A stretch of DNA of 64,000 nucleotides from the human T2T-CHM13v2.0 reference genome, Homo sapiens (GCF_009914755.1 NC_060940.1); one strand, 5' to 3'. Positions 26,606-42,447 are shown, numbered from the stretch's first letter. The notes: generated from the letters alone by a model not told the origin. A program made the numbers and translations.

Positions 26606-27249
26606 AAAGTCGCATCCTGGAAGATAAGGAATCAAGTAAACTTCTTGGGTTTTCCTTCATTTAAAATATTTGCCTTTTAAATCCAATTTTAAAGCCATGT
26701 AGACGTTCTTCCATCACCCACTGCACATCGCATACAAGGCATAAATTTTTAAACCGTCGTCCCCAGACTGTAGAACTTAGCATATGGAAAACATAAAAAC
26801 ACGAGGGATACTTTTAGCGACAGAGAGAAAATAAACACCAGCGATACATTTAGCAAAACATTTCACCCAACAAGTGGTTTGTTTTGATCCTTCCCCTAAA
26901 ATCCCTCCTACCTGTCAAGCTCACTTTCCCCTCGGTGATCCTGCACATTCGGCCTCCCAGGGGCTTCCCACAACGCTGAGCACAGCCACGGGCAGCAAAA
27001 GCACCCAAATGCCCCTTGGCCGGGCCGTGAAAGGCGAGTTTTCCCGACCAATGTCATCAAGAATCTGGAAAAGGGGGCCCAGGAGCATCAGGTGCTTTCA
27101 GCAAGAACTTGCACCTTCTGCTTCTCTCGCAGGCGGAGGCGCCAAGGACCCCGTTCCAGGTGGAAGCCCAGGGCGGTTCCTCTACAGACAGAACCGAAAG
27201 GTAACCCTGGAGGCTCGGCTCCAGGCTGCGCCAAGCCGAAAACAAACTT

Positions 27250-28050
27250 TCCAGGCACTTCCACCCCGCTGGGCCGGGTGACACCTCCCGGCCTCCCCCG
27301 CCCTCCGCGCGTCTGTCAGCGCCCCCGGCCAGGCCGCCGCCCGACGCAACCCAGGCCCGGTCTCCCCGCCGCAGCCAAGCAGCGCCCTCGGCCGGCGCCC
27401 GCCATCCCCGGCCCGGCCGCCCGGCCGCAGGTAAGGCGGCACCCGGCCCTCGGGACCCCGGGCCGCCCCGCCTCGCCGCGCGCTCACCAGCTAGGTGGTG
27501 GTCCTGGCTATGGGCCTCGCGTCTGCGCGGGCGCCTCCCCCGAAGCGCTCCGCGGCTCGGGGCCTCCTCAGCGTCCTGCTTCCCTAAGCTGAACTCCAGC
27601 AACGGCGGCCCTCACGCTGTGCCCGCGACGCCCCGCCCCCCGCGATGCCCCCGCCCCCCGCGACGCCCCGCCCCCGCGCGACGCCAGGCAGGACTTCCGT
27701 CGCACCGCCGCCGCCGCCCGCGCCCATTGGCCGCGCCCATCGTCCCTTCGCCGCGGTCTGAGTGGGCCCCGCCTCTGCCCCAGCTGCATTTCCGGGTTGG
27801 GGCCTGGCGGGCGGGAGAGGCCCGGCCCCGCCTGGGCAGGGGGACCTCGCGCGAACCAATCCCAGGGCCCCGGGGGCGGGGCTCTGCGGGGGTGGGGCGA
27901 GCTGTCATTCCCAGCTCCCAGACCGGGAAACTGAGGCTCAGAGGGGACCTGGCTCCGGCCAAGGTCACGCCCGAGGTAATAGCGGGGCTGGGCTCGAACC
28001 CGGGGCTCGGACTCCGGAGCCGGCTCTGCGTAAATGCGGAGGCGCAACTT
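27250..28050 (-). promoter_or_regulatory. CpG island promoter (PDPK1-derived)
   Basis: Very CpG-rich; GC boxes, CCAAT boxes (~27726, ~27856), ETS-like cttccg, and a cgacgccccgcccccgcg-like unit x3 (27626-27683). Confidence 0.85.
27488..27700 (-). pseudogene. PDPK2P: Duplicated PDPK1 exon 1 (PDPK2P; probable first exon of the ERVK13-1 transcript)
   Basis: ccc ATA GCC AGG ACC ACC ACC TAG CTG|gtgag versus PDPK1 MARTTSQL (ATG GCC AGG ACC ACC AGC CAG CTG|gtgag); the 5' end is approximate. Confidence 0.85.
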
Positions 28051-28289
28051 TGCTAGTTTCACAACTAACAAGCGTTCACGGAAGGAAATCTGGGCTATAA
28101 GTCACATTCATAAAGCGGAAAACAACCAATCCTACCACTGTCCATAGTCCTGGAGGCAGCCTCAGAACTTCTGTCCTTACCTATAAATGATTTTGTGGCG
28201 GTTTTTTTTTTGTTTGTTTTTCTTTTTGTAGTTGTTAATGTCAATCATGATTTTTTGCTTGTGTTTTTTGTATTTTAGGTTTTTTTGTT

Positions 28290-28787
28290 TGTTTGTTTTG
28301 AGACGGAGTCTTGCTCTGTCGCCAAGGCTGGAGTGCAGTGGCTCGATCTCTAGTCACTGCAACCTCCACCTCCTGGGTTCAAGCAATTCTTTTTTTTTTT
28401 TTTTTTTTTTGAGATGGTCTCGCTCTTTCCGCCTGCCTCGGCCTCCCAAAGTGCTGGCATTAGAGGCGTGAGGTACTGCACCCAACTGAAATGGGTTAAC
28501 TTTTTTTTTTTTTTTGAGACGAAGTCTCGCTGTGTCACCCAGGCTGGAGTCAATGGCAATTTCACTGCAACCTCCACCTTCTGGGTTCAAGCAATTCTCC
28601 TGCCTCAGCCTCCTGAGTAGCTGGGACTACAGGTGCGTGCCACCACACCCAGCTAATTTTTGTATTTTTCGTAGAGATGGGGTTTCACCATATTGGCCAG
28701 ACTGGTCTCGAACTCCTGACCTCATGATCTGCCCACCACGCTTCCCAAAGTGCTGGGATTACAGGGGTAAGCCACCCCGCCCGGCCA
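28290..28787 (-). mobile_element. Alu cluster, including an internally deleted or nested Alu
   Basis: Reverse Alu motifs with an internal poly-T. Confidence 0.88.
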
Positions 28788-29535
28788 ACTTTATTTTTTT
28801 TTATACTGACACATGGCCATGCAGATCTTGAGTAATGAACAGAGAAAAGGGAAGCAGTGAAGGAGAAACAACTTGAGGAAATTGTACACGGTGAACTTTA
28901 GAACACAGAGCCTGGGGTGGAGGAGCCTCGGGGCAGGGGCCAAGGGTGACAAGAAGGCTGTCCTGTGAAGAAAGCAGCTGAGCAGGCACCAGGGGCAGAG
29001 AAGACAGGGGCAGCTGAAGGGCAAGGAAGAAAGGACAGTTCTCAGTTGTCCTGGAGGCCTCAGTGGCAGCCAGAATGCTTGGCCAAGCCCAAGGGAAGCC
29101 AGACCAGGCAGCCCCTCTGCCCTCTGGAGACACAGAGAAACCTCCCCACTGGTCAGGTCCAGCTGCCCATCCTAGGACACCACACAGGGAGCGGATGTCT
29201 CACCTGGCCCAGCACGATTCTCCGGACCCAGGCTGGAGGAAGGAGACTAACCCCACTCTTTATCTCATCCTTTCCTACCCAGAACCTCTGTCCATGAGCA
29301 ATGGATGACCTCAGGACAAGAATGCAATAACTTGGCCTGATGTTGTGAAGTCACGGTCCATCCAGGGATGGGCAAGAGGATGACCAGAACCATCTCGAGA
29401 GGGGCTGGAAAGCTGCCTCACGTATGTGGTCCTGTGCTGTGTCTACATGTTCCTCACTCGCCTCTACAACGCTCATGGCACGAGGGAGGAAATGGGGTGC
29501 AGAGGCTAAGGAACGTGCCCAAAGCCCTACAGCTG

Positions 29536-30290
<755 letters not shown>

Positions 30291-30761
30291 GAAAGTGAAC
30301 GGGCGTGTTTTGGGAGGCTGAGGCAGGAGCACTGCTTGAGGCTAGGTGTTTGAGAGCAGCCTGGGCAACAAAGTGAGACCCTGTCTCTAACCAAAAAAAA
30401 AATTTTAAATGTTATAAAAAGTGAAACGGGACTACACAAGGGTATGAAATCCAGAAGGGGCCATTCCTGGGGGCCCCCCTTCAAGCTAGTTGAGGACAGA
30501 GCCAGGATTCCAATCTCAGGGAGAGACAGAGAGAAGCTAGAAGGGCAGGCCCAGCCTGGACCCTGCAGGTGTGCACACCAGAAGGCCCTGAGTTACAAAG
30601 CCAGGGAAGGAAAGGCTCTCCCAGCAAGGATCCCAACCTGGTTGGCATTTCTAGACTGACCCTGCAGCTACTCAGTAGCGTCTGGAAAGGAGACTAAAGG
30701 GGAAAATAGGGGGCAGGGAGATCAGGTGAGAGAAAAGGGGGCTCTCAAAAGACAAGAGCAC

Positions 30762-31072
30762 TGGCCAGGCCAGGTGGCTCACACCTGTAATCCCAGCACT
30801 TTGGGAGAGTGAGGCGGGTGGATCGCTTGAGGTCAGGAGTTGGAGACCAGCCTGGCCAACATGGTGAAACCCCGTCTCTACTAAAAATACAAAAATTAGC
30901 TGGGAGTGGTGGTGCATGCCTGTAATCCCAGCTACTAGGGAGGCTGAAGTGTGAGAATCACTTGAACCCAGGGAGGCGGAGGTTGTAGTGTGCTGAGATT
31001 GAGCCACTGCACTCCAGCCTGCGTGACAGAGGGAGACTCTGTCTCAAAACAAAACAAAACAAAACAAAAACA
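30762..31072 (+). mobile_element. AluS with (AAAAC)n tail
   Basis: Full Alu consensus. Confidence 0.92.
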
Positions 31073-31619
31073 ACAGCATGGTCTCCCGCCTTCTTCTGGC
31101 CCACAAGGCCCTGGTCACATGTCTGAGGCTCCCAATATACATTTGCTGGGCTGCAGATAGAGATACATGGATGGATAGAAGATGACAAAGTCATTCAGTG
31201 GTTTCCAAGCCACCAGGTAAATATCCTCCCATATAAGCCACGCCAAGGGAGAATCAAACTTGACTGGGAGTCAGGAAACAGAAAGTTGCATGAGATCTTA
31301 GGCAAGTAATTTCCCCTCCTTAAACCTCAATTATCCCCGCTGTAAAATGGGCTGGCTCCAGAACTGCTGAAAGTCCCAAAGGTGGAAAATATCCAGTGTT
31401 GGTAGGAATGCAGAGAAAGGGGCACCTTCATGTACCGGTGATAGAAACATTGTATTTCCTTTAAACCTGAGCACTGGGAATTCCTGTCCTAGGCCCTTCT
31501 CTCTAAAAGTCAGAATAATGGCCTCTCCACAGATGTTCTCATCCTAATCTCCCAACCTGTGCATATGTTATTATATAGAGAGATGAATTAATCAGCTGAC
31601 CTTACAACTGCATAATTAT

Positions 31620-31924
<305 letters not shown>

Positions 31925-34900
31925 TCAACTGTGTCCACCCTCCCTGGTCCCTACCCCCAAGTCACAGGTGACTCAGCAGTGACCCTGTGTGCCAGGCCAG
32001 ATCCAAACTGAGAGGGAAGGTGTCATTTTTACACTGCTAATGACGAGAGTGGCTCTTTTTAGCTAAGCGAGTACAGACGGGGCCTGGGAGGGGGCAGAGA
32101 TGTTCCCCAGGCCCTGCCTGTGGTTCCTGCCTGGGCCTTGGCTGCTGCTGTGTGAGAGCTGCATGTGAGCCTGTGACCGTGAGCTGGGGTGAGCTGGGCC
32201 GCACCTACCCTGGGGCCCCAGGGAGCAGGACACTCCGGGGCCCAGCACGTTGCCCTGGGCCTGTGGCCGGAGTCGGAGTCCTCTCTCCTCCTCCTGGCTT
32301 TTGGAAAGGCTTGGCTGTGTTGGGTAGTCTCTCTTAGCCCTTTCAGGAATTTCTGTTCAGGCTTCCTCCTCCTCATCAGCTATTTTACCCATCTCAGAAC
32401 GTAGGAGAGTGGCTCTCTCAGATCTCTCAGGGCGTCTGGTTATAGGGAAACAAGTGGAGCAGGGACGTGGCTTTAATTGGAGCACTCGGCTGGGCTGCTT
32501 GGGGAGACTCTTCCGTGCGTTCTTCCTCTGGATAGAACCACCACCTCCTGGGCGTCACTGACAAGCTCCATCTTAACCTCCAAAGCCACAGAACTAGGGG
32601 CTCAGAGCCAGAGCTGGCAGCCGCCAGCCGAAATGATGCCATTGCCTGAGCTGACAGCCAAGCCCTTCTGTGGGTCACCTTTCTCCTCACCCAGCCCCTT
32701 GCTCTTCCCTTTTGAAAGGCCCGTGTGTTTTCTTTCCTTACCCTGTGCTTGCTCATGTCTACTCCGGTTTTCTCTACCACATCCTTACAGCCATCACCTG
32801 GCACGCAGGCGCCTTACATTCTACGGTAGAACGTGGGGTACTGTGTGTGCACATAGACACACTTACGTGGAATTACAGTTGTGGGTTTATCCAAGATGAG
32901 GAAGATTTCACCTGCTGTTTAATAGACTTGGGGCCATGTGCCTCCCCACACATGGGCAAGGACAGGTGGAATGTCGGGACCACACTGTGCGGCTTCTCGG
33001 CACAAAGTGGAGGGAGGCTGTGGTCGCTGCCGGCCTAGGTGTCCCAGGTGCCCCGCCTTTCTCTGGGACACAGTTGGGGGCTGGCTTCTGAGGGATTCCT
33101 TTCTCCCCTCTTTGTGTGGCCCCAGCCAGGGCGGTGGGCAGTCCTGGTGTAGAGCACAAGCCTCTCCACCCTAGAGAAATGCCTCTGTACCACGGCTACC
33201 ATGTGGAACCTTAACTTGCAGAAGGCTTGTTAACAATTGTTTTGAGAGAGATGGCTGGTCATGCCACAGCTGCTGGGGACTCCGCCTACTCCAGCCCTCT
33301 TGGGACACACTGTGGGATTTGTGGCCCTTCCCCAGAGGAATTGTGGAGACTGTCCCATGGAACAAACCCTCAGGCACCAGCACAGGGCTCTGGGTGACTC
33401 AGTAAAACTAACGTTTGTCTCTGACAAGATCAGCTGTAGGCTCACCGGCCAGAGAAGACCACTGTGAGCATTTTGCCGTATATCCTGCCCTGCCATTTGT
33501 TCACTTTTTAAACTAAAATAGGAACATCCGACGCACACCGTTTGCATCGTCTTCTCCCTTGATATTTTAAGCATTTTCCCATGTCATGAGTTTCTCAGAA
33601 ACATGTTTTTAACAATTGTACTATTTAGTCATTGTCCATTTACTATAATTTATCTGACCATTTCCCTACTGTAAAATACTTGACGGTTTCTGATTTTTCC
33701 ACTATTTAAATAATGCTGTGATGAATATCTTTAAAATCTTCTGATTTCTTACTTTTTTTCCCCTTAGATGCCTGGAAGTGGTATTTTGAGGTGAAAGAGT
33801 TTGTTCATTTTGAAGATATTTCTGTCTCTCTCTCGACCTGATGTGTAGACGCTCAGTTCCAGTAGCAGAACCACCTTAGTTGTGTCTTACAGATTCTGAA
33901 CAAATCGGTTTCTGATAAGCCGTGTGTTCCAAAGAATGTCTGAATAAGACCGCTCTTTATTTAAATGCTAAGAGGATGTCACTACTGCAATCCATTTGTG
34001 GCCGATTTTTTCCAAGAGCCAATTTCCTTGTTTTGGTTGCAAGAACCTGGCTCTGCCTGCATGTCAGCTCTCTGCCCTCCCTGCTGCCGTGGCTTTCAAG
34101 CGCTTGGCGATATTTTCAGAATCTTGTACTTCATGTCCACAATGGTATTGAATTTGCAACTGCGCAGTCAGCAGAGATAACAAGTGTTGAACTGACCTTG
34201 CCACATGCTTAGTGAGTGATCTGTAATTAAGTTTATAGACTCAGAAAGTACATTAGGCCATTTGGAGTCAGTAGCAGAGCAAAGCCTCTACTTGAAAAAA
34301 ACCACGTAGCTGATTGGGTTTTACAAGAGTGCATTTGTCTCCCCCTTCCACCCCCCGACCTTCAGGTCTTAGTGGTTCACAAGAGCCCAGCAGCCAGGCT
34401 GGCTTTTTCATTGTAGGGCGTGGTTGTCCCAGCTGGTGTAGATTTCAGGCTGCCTCCCCCCATCTCCCTGCCCACAGTGTTGCAGATTGCCTGGCTGGCA
34501 GCAAGTCCAGACCACCCAAATTTGGTTGGATTCTTCATTTCTCCACTGTAGTTGGGGTCCATTGATTGTGCAGGGGAACGTGCAGGAGGTTTTTCTAGGC
34601 ACTGCGTTCAGTGCTGCTTCACTCTACCAGAGATTATGGCCAAATTGCACGGAATTTGGTTTCTTGCCCTCTGAAGCCTGAGGGCCCCCCCTTGCCTGGC
34701 TGGTTGACAGACCCGGGGTGCTCACTGCTGAGACTTCAGAGATCGCAGCTGCTGTGAGAATACGGTGAAGGTACTATGTTCTGGAAGATGTTGTCATACA
34801 CTTTTCCCCAGTTATTTTCAAACTTGACATGAGCCTATGTTGACTCACTGGGTGGGGTCCCTTCTTACGCAGCACACGTGGCAAGTGCCTGAATCGGGGC

Positions 34901-35547
34901 TGGAGGCACTTCAGAGCCTCTGAGGGGCCACCACTTCTGGCCCAAAATTGCAGGGTTGTAGATGAGGCTGCCTGTGGAGAACTGGTGTGAGGAGGAAGCT
35001 GTTTCCAACAAAGAGCACTTTCATCTGTTGAGATGGCTGTGGTGAGCAACTGAACGAGCCTACGTGTGTACCTGAATTTTCCCCATAACTCATTTCTTCC
35101 ATATGAAGAAACACCAAACTATGTACAGAGAACTTTTTACAAAAGGCAGACCTTTTTTAAGCTGTGTAACCCACATAGCCTAACCGTCTGGCAGAATGAC
35201 TACGAATAGGGGTCATTGTGCTGGTAAAAGCCTCTATTACGACTGTTAAGTTGGATGTTGGCAAAATTAAATTGTTACAGTATTTAGAGCTGCTGTAGCT
35301 GTTCCTTCACAACATGAAATAGGATAAATGACTAGTACGTCTTTCAGGTGGGTGGCAGTCAGAACATGCGTAATATTCTCTACCTGGTCTGTAGCTGTAA
35401 CTGTGATGTACAGACAAAGCAAAAATTAAAAGAACTCATGAAAACAAATAATACAATGGTATTAGGATATACACTTTTGTGTTTTTAATCTTATAGAAGG
35501 TTATTTGCTGGCTATTGTTGGCCTCTAGTTCAGCCTGTTATTTAAAT

Positions 35548-35840
35548 TCTTTTTTTTTCTTGAGACGGAGTCTCACTCTGTCGCCCAGGCTAGAGTGCAG
35601 TGGCCTGATCTCGGCTAACTGCAACCTCCGCCTCCTGGGTTTAAGCAATTCTCTGCCTCAGCCTCCGAGTAGCTGGGATTACGAGCGCCCACAACCACAT
35701 CTGGCTAATTTTTTGTATTTTTGGTAGAGACGGAGATTCACCATCTTGGCCAGGCTGATGTTGAACTCCTGACCTCGTGATCCACCCACCTTGGCCTCCC
35801 AAAGTGTTGGGATTACAGACATGAGCCACCGCGCCCGGCC
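35548..35840 (-). mobile_element. Alu
   Basis: Reverse Alu flanked by taaattct. Confidence 0.92.
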
Positions 35841-35906
35841 TAAATTCTAATATATGAATTATTTGTATTGAATTCATGTTCGGGGCCACGTTGTTATATG
35901 TATTGA

Positions 35907-36270
<364 letters not shown>

Positions 36271-36499
36271 TTATTATATAAATTTTCTATTGGGTCAATG
36301 ATTTAATCATATAATTTAATGAATCTGTTCTTTTTTTCCCCCCAAATATTTGTGCTTTAGGTGTAGTTACCAGATGATGAATTTTCCTCCTATGCTCCGT
36401 AGTCTTGTAATAAAAAGCATGTACAGTGTAGACGTTTGCTGGCATGGCTCTTCCTTTGACCAGTTCATGAACTGGAGTCAGGGTGGGGGTGAAGGCTAG

Positions 36500-37250
36500 G
36501 GTCGAGGTCTGGGTCAGGCGCTCGTGCACCGCTCGTGGGAGGTCGAGGCTGATGTCCGCTGCTCCCCATCAGCGTTAGTGCCCAGATCACCCCGTGCTCC
36601 GCTCCCGCCGGAAGCGGGCCCAGCCTCCTGCTTTTCGGGACCGGAACTTCCGCCTACCGCGTGACGCCGGGGCGGGCGCTCTACCAGGGCGGACCTGTGG
36701 GCGGGACAGAACTCAGAGGACGCTATTAAAAGCCGGACGCTTCCGGTGGAAGGGAGCTGTTGCGGGGCTTGCTGGGATCATGGCGGAGAATCACTGCGAG
36801 CTCCTGTCGCCGGCCCGGGGCGGCATCGGGGCGGGGCTGGGGGGCGGCCTGTGCCGCCGCTGCAGCGCTGGGCTCGGCGCCCTGGCCCAGCGCCCTGGCA
36901 GCGTGTCCAAGTGGGTCCGACTCAACGTCGGCGGCACCTACTTCCTCACCACTCGGCAGACCCTGTGCCGGGACCCGAAATCCTTCCTGTACCGCTTATG
37001 CCAGGCCGATCCCGACCTGGACTCAGACAAGGTGAGGGCCTCACGGGCCAGCCCGGAGGGTCCTGGCCTTCCCGGCCTGCGGCTCCTGCACACGCCCTGC
37101 TTCGTGCGGAGGAGACTTCAGCGGGAGCGGGCGACTCTCCTCGGGCTTCGAGCCCCGCGCTCCCTTGTCGCCAGCTCCTCCCCAGCTTGCCCCGATCCCC
37201 TACCCTGGGAGGGGAGGGTGAGGATGGCGCCCTGGCGTCCACTGCCTTTG
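36500..37250 (+). promoter_or_regulatory. KCTD5: KCTD5 CpG island promoter
   Basis: CpG-rich; ETS/GABP motifs ccggaag (~36608), ccggaacttccg (~36641) and cttccgg (~36740); GC boxes. Confidence 0.85.
36780..37031 (+). CDS. KCTD5: KCTD5 coding exon 1 (BTB/POZ Cullin3 adaptor)
   Basis: [15 protein letters not shown]...[40 protein letters not shown]|gtgag. Confidence 0.97.
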
Positions 37251-38594
37251 AGGATCCTGAGTCGATTCACCTTGGGGGTGTCTCTTCCTCGCCCTCTTTG
37301 CTCTTTGGTGGAGGAGGCTTCCTAGACCCCGGACTTTGCTGTGATTCTACTTTCTTTTTCTCACTAGGTTCTTTTGCCCAGGGTGTGTGAACGCCTTCTC
37401 TTCTCTGTCCCAGGGTACTTGCTGGCTCTGGAAACAGAACCCTTGGCGTTGTTTCACATTCTGGACGTTTGAATTAACGCTGACGTGGGGGTTGATATGG
37501 GCGGCCCTTTTTTTCCCTGGTGACTTGCATTTAGAGAGTTGGCGCTCCATCCTTTCCATCCACAGCACGCAGCACCCACTCAGCACCTCTTAGAAGATGC
37601 GTCCGTAGTATATAGTATGATTTTTCGAAGGGGATTTTGCTCATATTAAGGGTTGCTTTAGGGATGTCCAGGAAGGGTCAGGTAAGGAATCTTTCAATCT
37701 GCTTTCTAATTGGCTTAGTTTTCCCACTGTCTTCGCAAAAGGACAGGAATTTCCAGGTTAGTTTGCAGCTTGTCTTTCATCAAGCGAAATGCTCATGCTG
37801 TTGGGTAGATGGTAATAGAAACCTTTTGCTACCTTTATTTATCAAGAGTTGTGGAGCCGAGGAACCGTGTCTTGGGAGTTGTGCAGGATTGAAACTCACA
37901 AAAAAGCCTGTTTGAAGAAGTTGTTACCTATATTTATTCAAGGCAGTTCACAAGCCTTATACTAACTTTGCGGGGTCTTTCAGTTGAGCTTACATGACTG
38001 CGCTTGGCTTTGTGCCTTGGCAGCCAACATTTGCCATGCAGGAGGCTTCCCAGAAAGGTTCGGATTCCTCTTCAAGTTTGAGAAGCCTGACTGAGACCAT
38101 TCTCAGCATGGCATGACCGTGATCAGGAAGTGAGAATCTGGAGTTACTGCTAAGGCAGCCTTGTGGGTGGAAATGAGGGTTTGAGATGCCAACCCTCCTG
38201 TGCCTCCCCACAACTTCCAATTGTTTCCATTGCTCATTTGACCAAGCCCTCTACTCAGAGAATTGACCTCCCAGGAAATGACAGTCATCCCCAGGATAGA
38301 AATAGGCGTTTGTTAGCTGTGATTTTCCTTTTATAAGTGTGGGTGTATGTTTTACTGTTTGGTTTTTCTTTTTAAATAACAGGGCTTAGTGGTCACTCCC
38401 TTGCCTTTCTACTCAAGCATTCCTGTTTTGTATATGAAATTAGAGTTTAAATTGCTCTTGTCCATTGGGTTCTTTGAGGCAATGGTTGTCTATTCAGCAC
38501 TGGAGCACTTGATTCCCAGTTGATGAACTTTAGCACAGTTAAGGTGGTTGATCCGTTTGCTTTACTGTTCCTTAAGACTTTGTTAAAAATTATG

Positions 38595-39275
<681 letters not shown>

Positions 39276-39374
39276 TTAACCAGGTTTGATTTCCAAATGG
39301 TAAACTCAAATTCAGAACATGAAGGTAAAGTAGCAGATACAGTCGTCTCTGTCTCATACAATAATTGGAGTAGG

Positions 39375-39686
39375 GGCCGGGCAAGGTGGCTCACGCCTGT
39401 AATCCCAGCACTTTGGGAGGCCGAGGCGCGTGAATCACCTGAGGTCAGGAGTTTGAGAGCAGCCTGGCCAGCATGGCAAAACCCCGTCTCTACTAAAAAT
39501 ACAAAAAAATTAGCTGGGCATGGTGGCGCGTGCCTGTACTCCCAGCTACTCGGGAGGCTGAGGCAGGAGAACCACTTGAACCGAGAGGCAGAGGTTACAG
39601 TGGGCTGAGGTTGCGCCACTGCACTCCAGCATGGGCGACAGATCGAGACTCTGTCTCAAAAAAAAAGAAAAAAGAAAAGGAGAAAA
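39375..39686 (+). mobile_element. AluS with TSD caataattggagta
   Basis: Full Alu; TSD at 39359-39372 and 39687-39700. Confidence 0.95.
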
Positions 39687-42447
39687 CAATAATTGGAGTA
39701 AATAAGGTTAGTTTTAGTGACAGATAGTTTGCCAAAAGTGTAGTGCTAATTCATATTAGTCACGTTACTAAAGTGTTTTCCGGTGTTTTTCATCAAATGA
39801 GGAAATGTGTAAAATGCTTCATCTTAGTTTTGTCTCCAGTGGCTCTGATGAAAGAATGTCCCAGGAGATTCCTCCTAATTAAATGCTGACTGAGGAATCT
39901 GAGGAGGGGGGGAAGGGGTGTCAGGAGTGGGAGGCCATTAATGACACGTTGGAAGACAAACAGGATGTTGATTCACCTGTAAAGATCTCCAAGGCCTGAC
40001 CTCAGAGTTGAGATTAAGGAAAGAATATTCCTCGAGTTGGACTTAAGCATGGATCTGGTGGAAGAGTCCCTGCCTGGATTATTAGACTTGTGTGGAGTGA
40101 GCACCTGGGCTTGCAGAGTGTGGGGGTCTGGAGAGGAGTTGGGTGGGGAGATTTAAGGGGGAGGAGTTCCCAAGAAACCACAGAAGCTTTGGGTGCCTGA
40201 GAGGTTGGGAGAGCACCCTGCTAAAGCATCCTATCTGGTAGGGAGGGGAGCTCTTGACAGACGGGTTGTTAGGGAGGGTGGTGAAAGCCACGCACATCAA
40301 GGGGCTGGCTTGATTGCCCTCTGGCCCCACATCTAAGCTTCTAGGCTGTGACTGCCCCCAACCAAGTCCTCAGAGCCCAGCTTGGGACCCACCACCCGCC
40401 ATACTCCACGCTCCCAAGCCCTTACTCTGCTGTTCCAAGGGCCGACCTGCTGCCACAAAGTTCTCTTTCTAGACAGCCCGGTGTGAATTCTCACTTCCTC
40501 CTGGGACTTCCTCCAGCAGGACTGTGGCTGTGGTGAGCATTTCAGCATCTGCTCATCTGCTGTTCTGTCATCTTTCTCTTCCTTGGTGTCTTCGAGGGCA
40601 GGCCAGGTGGAATACGGCTTCCCAAAGACTCGATTCATTTTGGTTAGGTCTCTTGTATTGCATGGTCCCCGGCCCATAGGCATTGTTGAAAACAAAGTCG
40701 AGTTTGTTGTTTCCAGCTAAAGCAGCCCCTGCTTTAGTGTGGAGATACTTGAGGAGTTAAAAGGAAACAGGAAATACTACTGCTTTATGGTTGGAAACCA
40801 CTCAGATGGAGGAGAATTTGGGGAGGCTTCGGTTCCTGCAGCTGAGGCAGCCTTGGAGAAAACTGCACGTGAACTTTTGCCCTTTGAACAGGGCCGTTGT
40901 CCCGGCTTGAGGGTTGCAGATGTGGTGGCATCAGATGGGTCTTTGAGGGGTGGGGCAGTCAGGGTGCCTCTAACAGTGTACTGGGTGTTGGCAAGACCTC
41001 GGGGGTGGAAAGTTATGGAAGGAATTGTTCAGACAGGGCCCAGTGATGGGGTGTGGGCTAGAGTACCGTCTTTGAAGCCGCTTGGCAAGAGAAGTGGGGA
41101 TTACGTCTAGTGGAGATGGCAGATGATGTTCTGTGTAGCCAGCACTGGTGAGAGCTATGGTGGCCTCAGTTTGAGGCCGTTAGTGGGTGTCTGCGACGCT
41201 GATGGACTTTGTTTCACGCTTCAGTTGAGGATGTGGCTCTGAGCACGATCTTCGCTCTGACCACAAGTCATCTTCTATTCTGGACCTCTGCGATGGTCCC
41301 CGCGGTGCTGGGGGCTCCCCGCTCCTTCCCCACTGCAGCAGGTGCTGGTCCTCAGCAAACCTGTGCTCACCTCTTTATCAGGTGCCTCACCTGAAGCCCT
41401 TTAGACCTTAGGCCACGAGTCAGTTCCATAAATTCCTGAGAAAAGGACTCGACTCTGGTGATGAAATGGAACGTTTCTGATGGGTTCAGTCCTACCTAGG
41501 AAGAATGAAAGAAAACAGTTTTGAGGCTTTCTGAGAAGAGCTTGTTTCGGGGCACCTGACATGGGCCCGCGGTCTTCGGCATTCTCGCCTCCAGACTTCT
41601 GCGGGTGGCTGGGAGGAAATGCTGTCGCTGCAGGGCAGTTCCTCTTTCTGGCCCTGCAGATACAGCCTTCAGTGGCTGTCGTCCAGCAGGGCAGTGACTA
41701 GTCTTGGTTTAGAGCAGGAGTCAGAAAGCTGGTCCACCTGCCTGTTTTTGCAAGTAAAGTTTTACAGGAATGCAGAGATGCCCATTTGCTTACGGATTGT
41801 GTGTGGCCGTTTTTGCTCTGAAAGGTCACGGAGTGAGGTCTAAAGCCTCGCCAGGGCTGTGGCCGTGATGGGGGCGCCTGCTGCCTGGTCTCGCCCCGGC
41901 CCTGTCGTTAACCACCAGGCATCCCAGGGACTCCTTTTCAGACACTTGTAGGCACTTTGGTTCTTTTAGCAGCCCCCCTCCACGCCCCAGGTAAGCAGTC
42001 CCCAGGCATGGTCTTTAAAGCCTGGGGAAGAACCTGCCTGCCTGGCGCCATGGGAGGGGTCCTTGTAGCAAAGGTGCCAGCAAGCCATCTCTCTCCCAGG
42101 ACATGCTTGTTCTCCCTGGGCGTCAACTCGGCAGTTCTCCATGGACTGCAGAATGTCTAGAACATTCTGGCCTGGGGTTGATGTGACAGAGCATCTTCCT
42201 TGGAGTTGGGGAGCCTGGGTTGGAATCTGCCCACCTCTGGCCTGCCTTATGACTTGGGGTGATTTCGTGCCCCTGTGAGCTGTGCTTTCTTCCTCTGTAA
42301 AGTCCTTACTTTACTGTGACGTCCTCTCCTGAAGATGACAAATGTGATGCCCCCGCCCCGTACCTGGTGCCAGGTCAGTGCAGTCAGGAGAGGTTGTGCC
42401 TGGCGGTCTTCATTTCATGTTTGTACTTGGTTTTTATTATTAAATAA

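Noticed and set aside
27057-28100. Overlapping ORFs in the CpG island
   Set aside because: Stop-poor GC-rich sequence; the real PDPK1 frame has lost its ATG and has a TAG.
36594-37325. 243-aa ORF as a standalone gene
   Set aside because: It is KCTD5 exon 1 extended by a GTG-start upstream stretch and read-through into a GC-rich intron.
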